Of a stretch of 64,000 nt of DNA, positions 40,377-50,734 are shown piece after piece (positions within the stretch are counted from its first letter, which is position 1; each line of letters begins with the position of its first letter). A model generated the notes under the pieces. The model was not told the origin of the DNA. It saw only the letters and a list, made by a program, of their open reading frames with translations, and did not search any database. This stretch comes from Candidatus Gastranaerophilales bacterium. GTDB lineage: Bacteria; Cyanobacteriota; Vampirovibrionia; Gastranaerophilales; Gastranaerophilaceae. The stretch is taken from positions 30,013 to 94,012 of the forward strand of contig CALUQG010000004.1 of the NCBI GenBank assembly GCA_944322855.1, given 5' to 3'. The position numbers and the translations under genes were made by a program.

Positions 40377-43300
40377 ATGGAAAAGAAAATGATCTGCCCC
40401 AAATGTAAAGCAGAAATAGATGAAAAAGAACTTGTCTGCCCGAATTGTAAAAAGGTTCTGAAACTGCAGTGTCCGGTTTGCGGTGCAATATCAAAAAACA
40501 CTGTTTGCGAAAAATGCGGCTCTGTTATTTTGAACAAATGTGTAAAATGCGGCAGGCTCAATTCAACCGCTCTGGGCAAATGCCCCTCCTGCGGTCTTGA
40601 TATTAATGCAAGTATTGGCTTGAGAGAATCCGTTATAGAAGAATTTGCTGTTCTTACAATTGAAATTGCGAATTTTGATGACATAAAAACTGCGTTTAAA
40701 AGTACAAAAATTACCGAACAATTCAAAAAAAATCTTTACGCAACAATTAAAAAGACGGCATCCTTTAAAAAACTAAGAGTTCAATTTGTTGATGATACTT
40801 TTATTATAAGATTTTGTAAGGATACAAGCTTTTTGGAGTCTTGCAAATCTGCACTTGATTTTTCAATCTATGTTGCACAAACTGTCACAGAGATAAATCA
40901 AAAACTTTTTGATGCAAAAGGAATCGCTCTGAAAGTTCAGATGGCCGTGCAAAAGAGAGATGTTTATTCAAAACCTTCCGAATATAAATCAGGTATTAAT
41001 ATAAATGTTGTTTATTCTTCAAGTGCAAAATCACACTTGTTTAACAATATAGAAGTTGTTGTAGACTCATATGTTTATCAGGTAACAAAAATGAACTATC
41101 CGTACCAGTCTTTGAGTGCGGTTTTTGTTAAAAATCAGATGGTAATGTATTTTGAGCTGATTTTACATAAGATTATAAAACTGGAAAAAGAGCAAAAAAG
41201 TATTGAACAGGCTGTTAAACTGCCGAAAAATTTGGATTATGAACCGGAAGAAGAACCTGACGAAGGCAAGCTTATTAATTTTAGCGGATTGAATTGCACC
41301 TTCTTAAAAGTAAAACAGGAAAATCTTCTTTCCGAGATAGAAAAAATTAAAAACAAGAATATTCAAAATCCGATTATCTCAATAAAAGGGGAAGATAGAA
41401 GTACAAAACTTTCCATAATATCAATTGAGCAGCTTCAAAACATATTTAATGACTCTAATGTTGTTAGATTCAGCTGTATTGATGACAACAGATATTGTGC
41501 ATACGGTTTGTTAAAACAGATGATTCTTGCATACCGTAATACAAATGAAATGAGTGTTTTGCATAATCCTGAGCTGATAGAAGGTGTATCACAGGATATA
41601 AATATTCAAGATTTGTTAAAAATGCATGTTTCTACAAAAGCTCATCCGGAAGATTTGAGATACAGTTATTTTGAATCTTTTGCAAAATTTATTGCAGGTA
41701 TACCTTTTAAAACTGTTTTTGTTATTGATAATTTTGAAAATGCTGATGAGGGGTCACTGGAAATATTAAAATATTTGATTGAAAACAAGGCTCTTGGAAA
41801 TGCTGCTTTTATTCTGTCATGCGCCGGTGATTATTCATTGCATCGCAAAATTTACAAGCTGATGACATCAAATAATTATTTTGAACTTGAGATGCGGCTG
41901 TCAGCAAATAAATCTATTATTTCATCAAACCTGCCTGCTATAAAAGATGTTCAAAATTCTTTCTTTATAGAAAAAGTTCTTGAAAATACAAAAGGATCAT
42001 ACTTCTATTTCAATCAGGCATTGAAATATTTGATTGATACAGGTGTTCTGGGTTTAAAAGATGAAAAATACAAAATAAAACAGGAAAGAATGGTCGTTAT
42101 ACCCAAAGAACTGGATGAACTTGTTCAAAAAAGAATTCAGCATCTGAAAACAATTGAAAATGCGTTTGAACTGTATGCCTCAATACTGCTTTCAGGTGAA
42201 AAATTTCCGTTGGATATTGTAAGAAATCTTGGTATAGATGAAGACGCAAAAATCCTTAAATACCTTGAAAAACATGATTTTATACAGTTAATAGACAAAA
42301 AATATATCTTTGTAAATAATTCAAACTTGTATAGAAGAAATCTACTAAAAATATGTGACAAAGACGAATTGGCAAATCTTTGCGAGAATTTGCTTAAAAA
42401 AATATATATAAATATCACATCTCCGAATTTTGTAAAAGCACAGCTTCTGGAATTTGCCGGAATGAAAAAGGATGCATTTGCCCAGTGGCACTCACTTGCT
42501 ATGGTATCAAGCCAGCTTGGAGATTTTTGTGCTTATTTGAACTGTACAAACAAATTTTTATCACTTGTAGACAATGTTCTTGATTCCGACACGGACAAAA
42601 CTGTAGAACAGGTCAAAATGGATGTTTACGGAGAACTGGCATCAATCTTGTATAAATATTATCCTGACAAAATCATAAAGTTTATGGATATGCTGCTTCA
42701 GAACCTTGAAAGACAAAATGATGACAAAAAAATCAAAGAGATAGCAAACAAACTTGTGCAGAGCTGCTTGATTAGCGGCAACTACAACAACGCTCTTGAA
42801 TATATAGGAAAAATCATTTCAAGAACACAAAGAAGCAGTTTCAATCCTTCCGATAAAAACTTTAATCTGAATTATTTCCTTATACATATGGTTATGCTGG
42901 AAATTTATTTTAATCTGGGCAGACTCAACGAATGTATTGAACTTGGCGATGAATTGTTTAAACATGTAGACTTGAAAACTATTACGGAAAAACTACTTCC
43001 CGAAGGCTTTTCGAAAAAACAGTTTGAAGATGCTATACTGGATGCGCTATTTTTTATAAATGCAGCAAGAGTAATTCAACTCAAACCTGACAGAGCGGAA
43101 AAAATTCAGTCAATAATTTCAAGAAATTCTACTGATTATTCCTGTTTGCGAATATTGCAGGTTATTAATGATTTTATTGAAGGAAAAGATGTCATTGCGC
43201 AAATGAAAGTTGTTCTTCAACAAAAAATCAATGATAAATATTCACCGATACTTTTTTCAATCCTGCAGGGTTTAGTCTCTTTGAAATACAAGGATTTTGA

Positions 43301-43916
43301 AGGGCTGGGAAATTACATGCACAATGCAAAGATGACTTCTGCAGGACTGCGTCTTCACCAGTTTGAATATTTCTGTGATTTGATGATAGGGTATGCTTAT
43401 TTGAACCTTGGAAATATCAAAAAAGCAAAACAAATTTTTTATAATATACTAGATGTTTCATCTGACAAAGGTCTTAAAAATATAGGATACATGAGCTGGT
43501 TTCTTATAGCAAAAATGGAAGCTGCAGGTAATAATATTGAAATGTCAGTTGAAATTCTGAAAAATTCACTTTTGAAAACAGAAAAAGACAGAAATATTTC
43601 TGAACTATTCATAATTCTTGACAAAATTTTCCTTTCGGAAATAATGCTGACCGTTGATGCTTCGAATAATATTGAACAATCATTATACAGCGTTGAGCAG
43701 GCGCTTGATTTGTCTTTGAAAGACGGAATTTACATCTATCTGCCTCAGATGGCTGATATGCTTATGTTTGTTTACAGCGGAATTTTAAAAACCAATACTC
43801 AAAAAGACATCCAGGAATTGTACAAAAACAAAATATACGGACTGCAAAAAATCATGGCGCAAGTTTTTCCTGACTTGCCTAAAACAGCAAATAACGGACA
43901 AAATACAAACGAATAA
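40377..43916 (+). CDS. Large STAND-like signalling protein: triple zinc ribbon, degenerate class-III cyclase-homology domain, degenerate AAA/NACHT-like region and TPR-like helical repeats
   Basis: There are six CxxC pairs in the first 75 aa. FAVLTIEIANFDDI...VDDTFIIRF...GIALKVQMAV resembles a cyclase homology domain, but the metal-binding Asp of the consensus 'FaDi' is Glu. The P-loop position reads IKGEDRSTK. About 600 aa of helical repeats follow. Confidence 0.55.
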   Translation: MEKKMICPKCKAEIDEKELVCPNCKKVLKLQCPVCGAISKNTVCEKCGSVILNKCVKCGRLNSTALGKCPSCGLDINASIGLRESVIEEFAVLTIEIANFDDIKTAFKSTKITEQFKKNLYATIKKTASFKKLRVQFVDDTFIIRFCKDTSFLESCKSALDFSIYVAQTVTEINQKLFDAKGIALKVQMAVQKRDVYSKPSEYKSGININVVYSSSAKSHLFNNIEVVVDSYVYQVTKMNYPYQSLSAVFVKNQMVMYFELILHKIIKLEKEQKSIEQAVKLPKNLDYEPEEEPDEGKLINFSGLNCTFLKVKQENLLSEIEKIKNKNIQNPIISIKGEDRSTKLSIISIEQLQNIFNDSNVVRFSCIDDNRYCAYGLLKQMILAYRNTNEMSVLHNPELIEGVSQDINIQDLLKMHVSTKAHPEDLRYSYFESFAKFIAGIPFKTVFVIDNFENADEGSLEILKYLIENKALGNAAFILSCAGDYSLHRKIYKLMTSNNYFELEMRLSANKSIISSNLPAIKDVQNSFFIEKVLENTKGSYFYFNQALKYLIDTGVLGLKDEKYKIKQERMVVIPKELDELVQKRIQHLKTIENAFELYASILLSGEKFPLDIVRNLGIDEDAKILKYLEKHDFIQLIDKKYIFVNNSNLYRRNLLKICDKDELANLCENLLKKIYINITSPNFVKAQLLEFAGMKKDAFAQWHSLAMVSSQLGDFCAYLNCTNKFLSLVDNVLDSDTDKTVEQVKMDVYGELASILYKYYPDKIIKFMDMLLQNLERQNDDKKIKEIANKLVQSCLISGNYNNALEYIGKIISRTQRSSFNPSDKNFNLNYFLIHMVMLEIYFNLGRLNECIELGDELFKHVDLKTITEKLLPEGFSKKQFEDAILDALFFINAARVIQLKPDRAEKIQSIISRNSTDYSCLRILQVINDFIEGKDVIAQMKVVLQQKINDKYSPILFSILQGLVSLKYKDFEGLGNYMHNAKMTSAGLRLHQFEYFCDLMIGYAYLNLGNIKKAKQIFYNILDVSSDKGLKNIGYMSWFLIAKMEAAGNNIEMSVEILKNSLLKTEKDRNISELFIILDKIFLSEIMLTVDASNNIEQSLYSVEQALDLSLKDGIYIYLPQMADMLMFVYSGILKTNTQKDIQELYKNKIYGLQKIMAQVFPDLPKTANNGQNTNE

Positions 43917-43929
43917 AAAGGTTGAAAAT

Positions 43930-44496
43930 ATGAAGAGATTTTTTTCGATATTACTTTTTTTTCTGATAATTTTTAATTGCGCTATTCCCGGATTTGCTGC
44001 ATTAAAAACAGAAGAAAATGATTATATAAAAATAACACAGCAGTCTGAAACATTGAATAGCAGGTTAGCTCAAAGTTATACAGGGTATGTGTTTACAATA
44101 AAAAATATTTATAATGAGCCTGTTTTTATCAAATCCGTAACTTTCTGGAATAATGCAAATGCTAAGATAGCATATCTTTCAGTAAAACAAACAGACAAAG
44201 AAGCAGCTTCAAAAACTTTTCAAAAAGCCTCTGATATAGCTTTGCCGACTCTGGGATTATCTTATCTCGGAAGCCTTTTTGTAGTGCCTTTCAGTATTCT
44301 TTCAAACAAGGTAGGCAATAATGGTGTACAAAAGGAGGCAAAAGAGTTTGACAAAACATCACTGAAAGAATATACACTGAAAAAGAATGAACAAATTACA
44401 TTGAAAACAATGGTTTTAAACGGACATAAACCGTATTTTAGAATAACATTTAAAAATCCGCTGACAGATGAATTTATGAATATGGAAATGCAATAA
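43930..44496 (+). CDS. Secreted hypothetical protein
   Basis: The 188-aa ORF has a signal peptide (FFSILLFFLIIFNCAIPGFA). It starts 14 nt after the 1179-aa gene. Confidence 0.5.
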   Translation: MKRFFSILLFFLIIFNCAIPGFAALKTEENDYIKITQQSETLNSRLAQSYTGYVFTIKNIYNEPVFIKSVTFWNNANAKIAYLSVKQTDKEAASKTFQKASDIALPTLGLSYLGSLFVVPFSILSNKVGNNGVQKEAKEFDKTSLKEYTLKKNEQITLKTMVLNGHKPYFRITFKNPLTDEFMNMEMQ

Positions 44497-44507
44497 GTAA
44501 GAGATTT

Positions 44508-45443
44508 TTAGACATTTCCAATACCGATTTCTGCAAGAATGTCCTGAAAATTCTTGCTCAAAACTTCTGCAAAGACCATCGGGTCAATTTGTGTAACAAC
44601 AACTGCAAGCAAATCGTCTGGCAAATCATCAACCATTTTTATTAAATCTTCTGGTTCAAGTTTATTCATGTTTTTTACAATTTCGCCTTTATCGAGTTGT
44701 CTGAGAGGGAAAGTCAATGCATTTTTTGAAAATTCCATTAAAAGCTTTGGATCTTCTTTTGTAAGATTCAGGATTAATGCTGATTTTTCTTCTCGTTCAA
44801 AACATTTCAGAGCTGTTTTAAATTTGTCAGGCTCAAGCTGATCCATGAATTTTATTATTTGTTCTTTGCTCATGTTGAGTTCTTCGCCGTCTTTCAAAGT
44901 TTTTCCGTATTCAACTTTCATGAACTGTTCAACCATCTTGTTGAGTTTTTCTTCCGGAATAGTTTTCATAAAATCCAGAATTTTGTTCTTATCAAGTTTG
45001 TCAGAATCGAAGAATTTGTTGAGTTCTTTTTCAGGTATCATTTTCAAAAATTCTTCAATGGAAAAAGCTTGGAAGACGATAGAGCATATTTTGTTTTTCG
45101 GCAATTTATAAATAAGGTTTAAAATCTTTTCTTTAGTAAAAAACATAAGTCCCATCTGCAAATCTTCAAGAGTCAAAAATTGAAGCATATATTCAAGGTC
45201 ATGGGAGTTCATGTTTGACAAAATTGCATAACGGTTTTTGGCATTTGAAAGTTTAAAGAGTTTAACAAGTTCTTTCGGGTCGTTTAAGACCTCCTGCTGA
45301 AAATTTGCAGCCTGAGTGTTTCCCTGAGCAGCTTCGACTTCCATAATTTCGTCGATGCTTTTCATTCCGTATTGATTTAAACGTTGAGTTCCAATCTCAA
45401 AGTTTTTTGTCAGATAGCTTAAATCAATATCCAATCTAATCAT
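44508..45443 (-). CDS. Helical-repeat protein resembling MgtE-N / FliG-type repeats
   Basis: The ORF has reiterated segments such as IPEEKLNKMVEQF, LEPDKFKTAL and LEPEDLIKMVDDLPDDLLAVVVTQIDPMVFAEVL. Confidence 0.4.
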   Translation of the reverse strand: MIRLDIDLSYLTKNFEIGTQRLNQYGMKSIDEIMEVEAAQGNTQAANFQQEVLNDPKELVKLFKLSNAKNRYAILSNMNSHDLEYMLQFLTLEDLQMGLMFFTKEKILNLIYKLPKNKICSIVFQAFSIEEFLKMIPEKELNKFFDSDKLDKNKILDFMKTIPEEKLNKMVEQFMKVEYGKTLKDGEELNMSKEQIIKFMDQLEPDKFKTALKCFEREEKSALILNLTKEDPKLLMEFSKNALTFPLRQLDKGEIVKNMNKLEPEDLIKMVDDLPDDLLAVVVTQIDPMVFAEVLSKNFQDILAEIGIGNV

Positions 45444-45654
45444 GATGGAAACCTTATTTTGTAAACTCCAATTTTTTTATATTGCCAAAACTCTATATTA
45501 TAATAAACGGTTTTTTTCCAGAAATCTTTATGCTTTACAATCTAAATGTAACATTTCTTAATTTAAAAAAACAACAATAAATATGTTTTTGTGTGCTGTA
45601 TAATATTTACAGTAAACGGTTAAAAATAAAAAGAATTATAGAGGTAGTTTTCAT

Positions 45655-47838
45655 ATGTTTTTTGTTTCATTAATACTGATATTGATTTCTTCATACTTTG
45701 TTGTTTCAGTATTTTCACCTGTTGAAAAAAACAAAAAGACTGCCGGTTTTTTAATCTTTTTAATCTCAATTTTTGCTCAGGTTGTGTTGAGTTTTGAGAT
45801 ATTATCTTTGTTTCAGGCAATAAACAGAATAAATATTTTGATAATGCATGCAATATTTTGTGTAATTTCAGGATTTTTCTGGTTTAAAAAGGGAATGCCT
45901 TTTTATAAATTGGCGGTTAAAGAAACTGCATCGAGAATTTTAAAAGCGCTTAAGAAAGATAAAATTCTTATGATAATGGCATTTGGCCTTTTGTTTATGC
46001 TTGTTATCACAATATTTTTGAATGTATTCTTGCCTGTTTCCAGCTATGATGCGCTGACATACCACTTGAACAGAGCGGCGTTTTGGATGTCGCAGGGCAG
46101 CCTCAATCATTTTGATATAGTTGATGACAGAAACCTTGTTATGCCGATAAATTCTGAGATTTTGTATCTTTGGGTTTTGTTGTTTGTAAAAAAAGACATA
46201 GGTTTGAATTTCTTTTCATTTTTCGGTTATATAGCTTCTGTATTAAGCATATATAACATTCTCGGTATTTTTGGATTTTGTGAAAGAAAAAAAATCTGGA
46301 CAATATTCATGCTTTCTGCATTTGCGTCTGTTATTGCGGAAATATCAAGTGTCGAAACGGATATATTGATTGCAGGCCTTGTGCTGTCTTCAATTACTCT
46401 GTTTTTAACATTCCTTAGAGAAAAAAGCCTGTCACTTATATTTTTTAGTGCACTTGCATATGCACTGGCTATGGGAACAAAATCACCGGCTATTATTGCA
46501 TTGCCCGGAGTTTTCCTGTTGATGTCGTTTTTTGCTTATAGGGCTGAAAAAAGAAATTGTTTAAAACCGCTCGGGATATTCCTCGGATTTTTGTTTGCAA
46601 ACTTTGTAATTTTTTCAAGCTACAATTATGTATTGAATTTTATACAGTTTCAGGATTTTCTGGGTTCGGAATCGGCAAAGGCTATCCATGGTTTCAGAGG
46701 AGGATTAAAAGCCCTTGTTGCAAATTATATAAGATATATCTTTATGCTGTTTGATTTTTCAGGTTTCAGATACAGCGAATATGTGGGAGAATACATTACA
46801 AACGCAAAACTTGCTTTGTTTGGATTACTGCATATTCCGCCTGAGCTTGGTGTAGAAATGACAGATGACAATGTCATAAATAACAGGCTGCTTGATGTAA
46901 AAATGGGAACGGGTCTTTTGGGATTTTTGTTATTTTTCCCCGGGGTTGTTATTTCTGTAATTTTGCCGTTTATAAATAAGCTGAGAGGGAAAATTTCAGA
47001 CAAAATCAATTCTATAAGTGCTTTTGGCTGGATGTTTTTGATTAACATATTTTGTTTATCATTTTCAATTGCATTTATGGTATTCAGTATAAGGTTTGTG
47101 ACTTTTCTTGTTGTAATATCTGCACCTGTACTTGTTCTTACATATATGAAAAAAACAAATTTGATAAAACTTTTATTATTGTTTTTTGCAATGTCGTATT
47201 TTTTGATTATAAGTACAAATCTTTCTTCTCGCCCTGTTTTTAATGTAGTGAGGGTTATTTTGCAGCATAAAACATTTGATCAGGCAAGAGAAAAAATAAG
47301 ATGTTCTTTATTAGTGGGATTTGAAGGTAAGATGCCGTTTTGTTACCTTCGTGATATAGTTCGTTCTACCCCGAAAGGTACAAGCTGGGGCATTTTACCG
47401 AGCATGAACAGCAGACTTTATGTAATAAAAATGCTTGAAACAGAAGGATACAAGGTTGATGCACTTATCCCTGAAAAAATAAATGAATATAATCTTTCTA
47501 AATATGATTATCTTGTGACTACGGATGCGGTGCTGACGAGTTCTGTTTTGCTTAAGAAAACTAAAGATACAAAGATAAAATATAAAATTAATGAAAAAGG
47601 TGATGCGTATTTTGAAAAACAATATCCGTTCACATGTGTATACGCAGACCATAATTCTCACAATATTTACAATCCCGATAAAAAAAATCAGGTCATTGTG
47701 ACATCGAGCTGTTATTTTACAAAAGATTTCTTTAAAGAAAAAGGGTTTGATTTTGTAAAAAGTTTCAATTTTCATTCTAATATTATGGAAAATTCAAATT
47801 TTATGACACTATATGAAAATAAAAGTCGAAATAAATAG
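45655..47838 (+). CDS. GT-C-type polytopic membrane glycosyltransferase-like protein (ArnT/PMT-like) with ~200-aa C-terminal soluble domain
   Basis: The 727-aa ORF has more than 10 TM segments. Its loop motif SSYDALTYHLNRAAFWMSQGSL is typical of GT39/83-like families. Confidence 0.55.
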   Translation: MFFVSLILILISSYFVVSVFSPVEKNKKTAGFLIFLISIFAQVVLSFEILSLFQAINRINILIMHAIFCVISGFFWFKKGMPFYKLAVKETASRILKALKKDKILMIMAFGLLFMLVITIFLNVFLPVSSYDALTYHLNRAAFWMSQGSLNHFDIVDDRNLVMPINSEILYLWVLLFVKKDIGLNFFSFFGYIASVLSIYNILGIFGFCERKKIWTIFMLSAFASVIAEISSVETDILIAGLVLSSITLFLTFLREKSLSLIFFSALAYALAMGTKSPAIIALPGVFLLMSFFAYRAEKRNCLKPLGIFLGFLFANFVIFSSYNYVLNFIQFQDFLGSESAKAIHGFRGGLKALVANYIRYIFMLFDFSGFRYSEYVGEYITNAKLALFGLLHIPPELGVEMTDDNVINNRLLDVKMGTGLLGFLLFFPGVVISVILPFINKLRGKISDKINSISAFGWMFLINIFCLSFSIAFMVFSIRFVTFLVVISAPVLVLTYMKKTNLIKLLLLFFAMSYFLIISTNLSSRPVFNVVRVILQHKTFDQAREKIRCSLLVGFEGKMPFCYLRDIVRSTPKGTSWGILPSMNSRLYVIKMLETEGYKVDALIPEKINEYNLSKYDYLVTTDAVLTSSVLLKKTKDTKIKYKINEKGDAYFEKQYPFTCVYADHNSHNIYNPDKKNQVIVTSSCYFTKDFFKEKGFDFVKSFNFHSNIMENSNFMTLYENKSRNK

Positions 47839-47900
47839 CAGTAGTTTTACAAAATTCAAAGACTTTGTTATTTTATTCATCCGGTTTTTGATATACCATA

Positions 47901-49337
47901 ATGAAAATAACTGAATTTTACAGAGAGTTTATGGAAAAATTTTTGAAAAAACCTGAAAAAATATTTATTATTACTGCTTTATTCTGGGGCTTTTTGTTTG
48001 TATTTTTAACTCCGCCGTTTCAAGGCTCTGATGAAACTTCTCATCTGTACAAGATTTACGGATTTACTCAGGGTTCTTTTGTTTTTCAAAAATATACAAC
48101 AGTAAACCCAAAAGATACATCAAAAAAACTCACTTTTTACGGACAAATTCTGCCATACGGATTGATACGGGCTTCAAATGAAAATAGAGAAATTACTTTT
48201 TATCCTGAAAAAAAGACATCTTTTCAAGAAACATTGAACATCTCTAAAATACCTCTTGATAAAAGCAATACAATGTTTGTTGCGCATCCTGTAACACAAT
48301 ATTCACCGCTTGCATATATGCCTGCTGTAGTTGTGATATGGTTTATGACACTTTTTGGTGCGGCACCTTTTTCTATTCTTATTGCCGGGAGATTGTGTGC
48401 TTTATTTGTTTATCTTCTGTGCGGATATTGGGCAGTAAGGCTTTGTCCTTTTAAAAAATGGTTGTTAATGACTGTTTTGCTGGTTCCTACAGCACTTTTT
48501 CAAAGTTCAATACTCGGAACTGATGCTTTGTCGTTCGGGTTGGTTATTCTTTTGTATGCGTACTGTTTAAATCTTGCTTATAACAACAGAATTAACAAGA
48601 TAACCGGAATTCATAATATTGGATTTTTTATTTTGGGTTTGTATATTTGTGTTTGCAAATTTACATATCTGCCTTTGATGTTTTTGTATCTTATTATTCC
48701 TGAATACAAATTTTCGTCAGTAAAAGAAAAAACGCTTAAATTTATATTGATGTTTTTGATAACGGTTTTTGTAAGTTTTGGATTAGTGGCTGTGCATGTT
48801 TATCTTTCCCGTGGACTGGTTTCGTATTCCACAACAATACCGGCCGGTGAATCTTTGAAGTTTATTTTTTCTCATCCGTTTGAATATTTGTTTATGATTT
48901 TCAATACATTATTCAAATATTTTGGATATTATTTGAACGGAATAATCGGCTTGTTCGGGTGGTCTGATACATTTTTGCCTTTCTGGTCAGTATGTTTGTA
49001 TTGCGCAGCTTTAATTTATTCTGCTGTTATAAATTTTGAAAAAGATATATTAGACTTGGCTTTAAAAGACAAAATGGTTCTGGCTGTTTGTACTGTTTTT
49101 TGTCTTTTGCTTGTAGTTACAAGCTGTTTTACGGTATTTGAGCCGGATATGAAAAATCATATTATTAACTGGATACAGGGCAGATATCTTTTGCCGGTTG
49201 TGCCTGCAATACTGCTTCTGTTTTCAAATAAAAAACTGTTTTTTAATTCTTGTATGTCAAAAGTTTTTCTTGTTGTTGTAATAAATTTTGTGCTTTTGGT
49301 CAGTTTGGTTACAATTTTAAAGAGGTATTACTTCTGA
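47901..49337 (+). CDS. DUF2142-like polytopic membrane protein (GT-C superfamily candidate)
   Basis: The first extracytoplasmic loop reads TPPFQGSDETSHLYKIYG. About 11 TM segments are present. It is a paralogue of the next gene. Confidence 0.55.
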   Translation: MKITEFYREFMEKFLKKPEKIFIITALFWGFLFVFLTPPFQGSDETSHLYKIYGFTQGSFVFQKYTTVNPKDTSKKLTFYGQILPYGLIRASNENREITFYPEKKTSFQETLNISKIPLDKSNTMFVAHPVTQYSPLAYMPAVVVIWFMTLFGAAPFSILIAGRLCALFVYLLCGYWAVRLCPFKKWLLMTVLLVPTALFQSSILGTDALSFGLVILLYAYCLNLAYNNRINKITGIHNIGFFILGLYICVCKFTYLPLMFLYLIIPEYKFSSVKEKTLKFILMFLITVFVSFGLVAVHVYLSRGLVSYSTTIPAGESLKFIFSHPFEYLFMIFNTLFKYFGYYLNGIIGLFGWSDTFLPFWSVCLYCAALIYSAVINFEKDILDLALKDKMVLAVCTVFCLLLVVTSCFTVFEPDMKNHIINWIQGRYLLPVVPAILLLFSNKKLFFNSCMSKVFLVVVINFVLLVSLVTILKRYYF

Positions 49338-50725
49338 TGAAAAATATTGCTGAATTTTTAAAAAGAGAATTGTTTTCCGTACAGAATGTTTTTCTTGTTT
49401 CATGCTTGTTTTGGGGGATTTTATTTCTGTTTTTAAACCCTCCTTTTCAGGCTCCTGATGAGGATGCGCATTTTTTTAAGATGTATGGATACACTTCAGG
49501 TTCATTGAATTTTAAAAAGCTGAATAATTATTCAGGACAGATTTTGCCTGAAAGTTTGATTAATATACAAAAATATTATTCTTCTGCAAAATATGACAAG
49601 AAAACAAAAACCTCTTTAAAAGAACTGAAAATTGTTTCAGAACAAAGACTTGAAAAACAAAATACAAAGTTTTTACAATTTATTACTTCATGGTATACTC
49701 CGCTATCTTATTTTCCGTCTTTTATTGTTTTATGGATAATGAAAATTTTGAATGTAAAACCGCTGATGATGATTTATATCTTGAGGTTTTGTTCTCTTCT
49801 TGCGTATCTGGCTCTTACTTATGCAGCTATCTGTATAATGCCTTTTAAAAAATGGCTGCTGGCTTTGATTGCGTTTTTGCCTCTTTCTGTTTATCAGGCT
49901 GCTTCAATCAGCACGGACGGATTGACTATCGGGCTTGGCTTTCTGCTTGCTGCATATACGTTAAAATTAAAATTTGATGAAAACTCTGAAAATAAAATAG
50001 GTTTAAAACAAATTTTTGTATGGGGATTTATATTCATATATCTTTGTTTTTGTAAATATGCATATTTTCCGCTGGGTCTGTTGTATTTGATTTTGCCTCA
50101 AGAAAAATTTGAGAATAAAAAATATTACCTGAAAGGATTTTTGATAATAAATTTGATAAATTTGTTTTTGATTTTAGTTTTTCTTGCTGCAAATTTTTGG
50201 ATTACAAAAGATGTAATAACTGAACTCACTGCAAAAACTGGAAGCAAAATAATTATTCTTACAGATATCTTGAAAAATCCTTTTGAATATTTGAAAAATG
50301 TTGCTTATACTACTAACAAACGTTTCGGGTTTTATTTGTGTAATGTAGTTTCCAGTTTTGGGTGGACATATACAATGATTCCTGCTTTTTTGACAAAGAT
50401 TTATTACATACTGATGTTTCTTGCTGTATTCTATGACAGAAAAATGAAGGAAGAAATTTCATTAAAAGACAAATCTATCTTTATTTTGTCGGTTTTATTC
50501 AGTTATCTTGTGATAATCACTTCTGTATTGCTGCTGTATCAAAGATATCCTTTGATACTTGGAGTGCAGGGAAGATATCTGACAATATTTTTGCCTTTGA
50601 TTTTTTTGCTATTCTGTTCAAAAAAAATAAATATTTCAAACAAAATAATGCCGCTGATATTCTTTATTGCATCAAATATATTGATGTTTGGAGCTCTTTT
50701 GACTATGATAAACAGGTTTTACTAA
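49337..50725 (+). CDS. DUF2142-like polytopic membrane protein, paralogue of 47901..49337
   Basis: The ATG overlaps the upstream TGA (TGATG). The loop motif is NPPFQAPDEDAHFFKMYG, and the ORF is colinear with its neighbour. Confidence 0.55.
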   Translation: MKNIAEFLKRELFSVQNVFLVSCLFWGILFLFLNPPFQAPDEDAHFFKMYGYTSGSLNFKKLNNYSGQILPESLINIQKYYSSAKYDKKTKTSLKELKIVSEQRLEKQNTKFLQFITSWYTPLSYFPSFIVLWIMKILNVKPLMMIYILRFCSLLAYLALTYAAICIMPFKKWLLALIAFLPLSVYQAASISTDGLTIGLGFLLAAYTLKLKFDENSENKIGLKQIFVWGFIFIYLCFCKYAYFPLGLLYLILPQEKFENKKYYLKGFLIINLINLFLILVFLAANFWITKDVITELTAKTGSKIIILTDILKNPFEYLKNVAYTTNKRFGFYLCNVVSSFGWTYTMIPAFLTKIYYILMFLAVFYDRKMKEEISLKDKSIFILSVLFSYLVIITSVLLLYQRYPLILGVQGRYLTIFLPLIFLLFCSKKINISNKIMPLIFFIASNILMFGALLTMINRFY

Positions 50726-50734
50726 GGAGAAAAG

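Noticed and set aside
40364-40726. A 120-aa minus-strand ORF overlapping the start of the 1179-aa gene.
   Set aside because: It is antisense to the zinc-ribbon coding region. Its Cys/His-poor, hydrophobic translation has no support, and the opposite-strand gene has strong CxxC periodicity.
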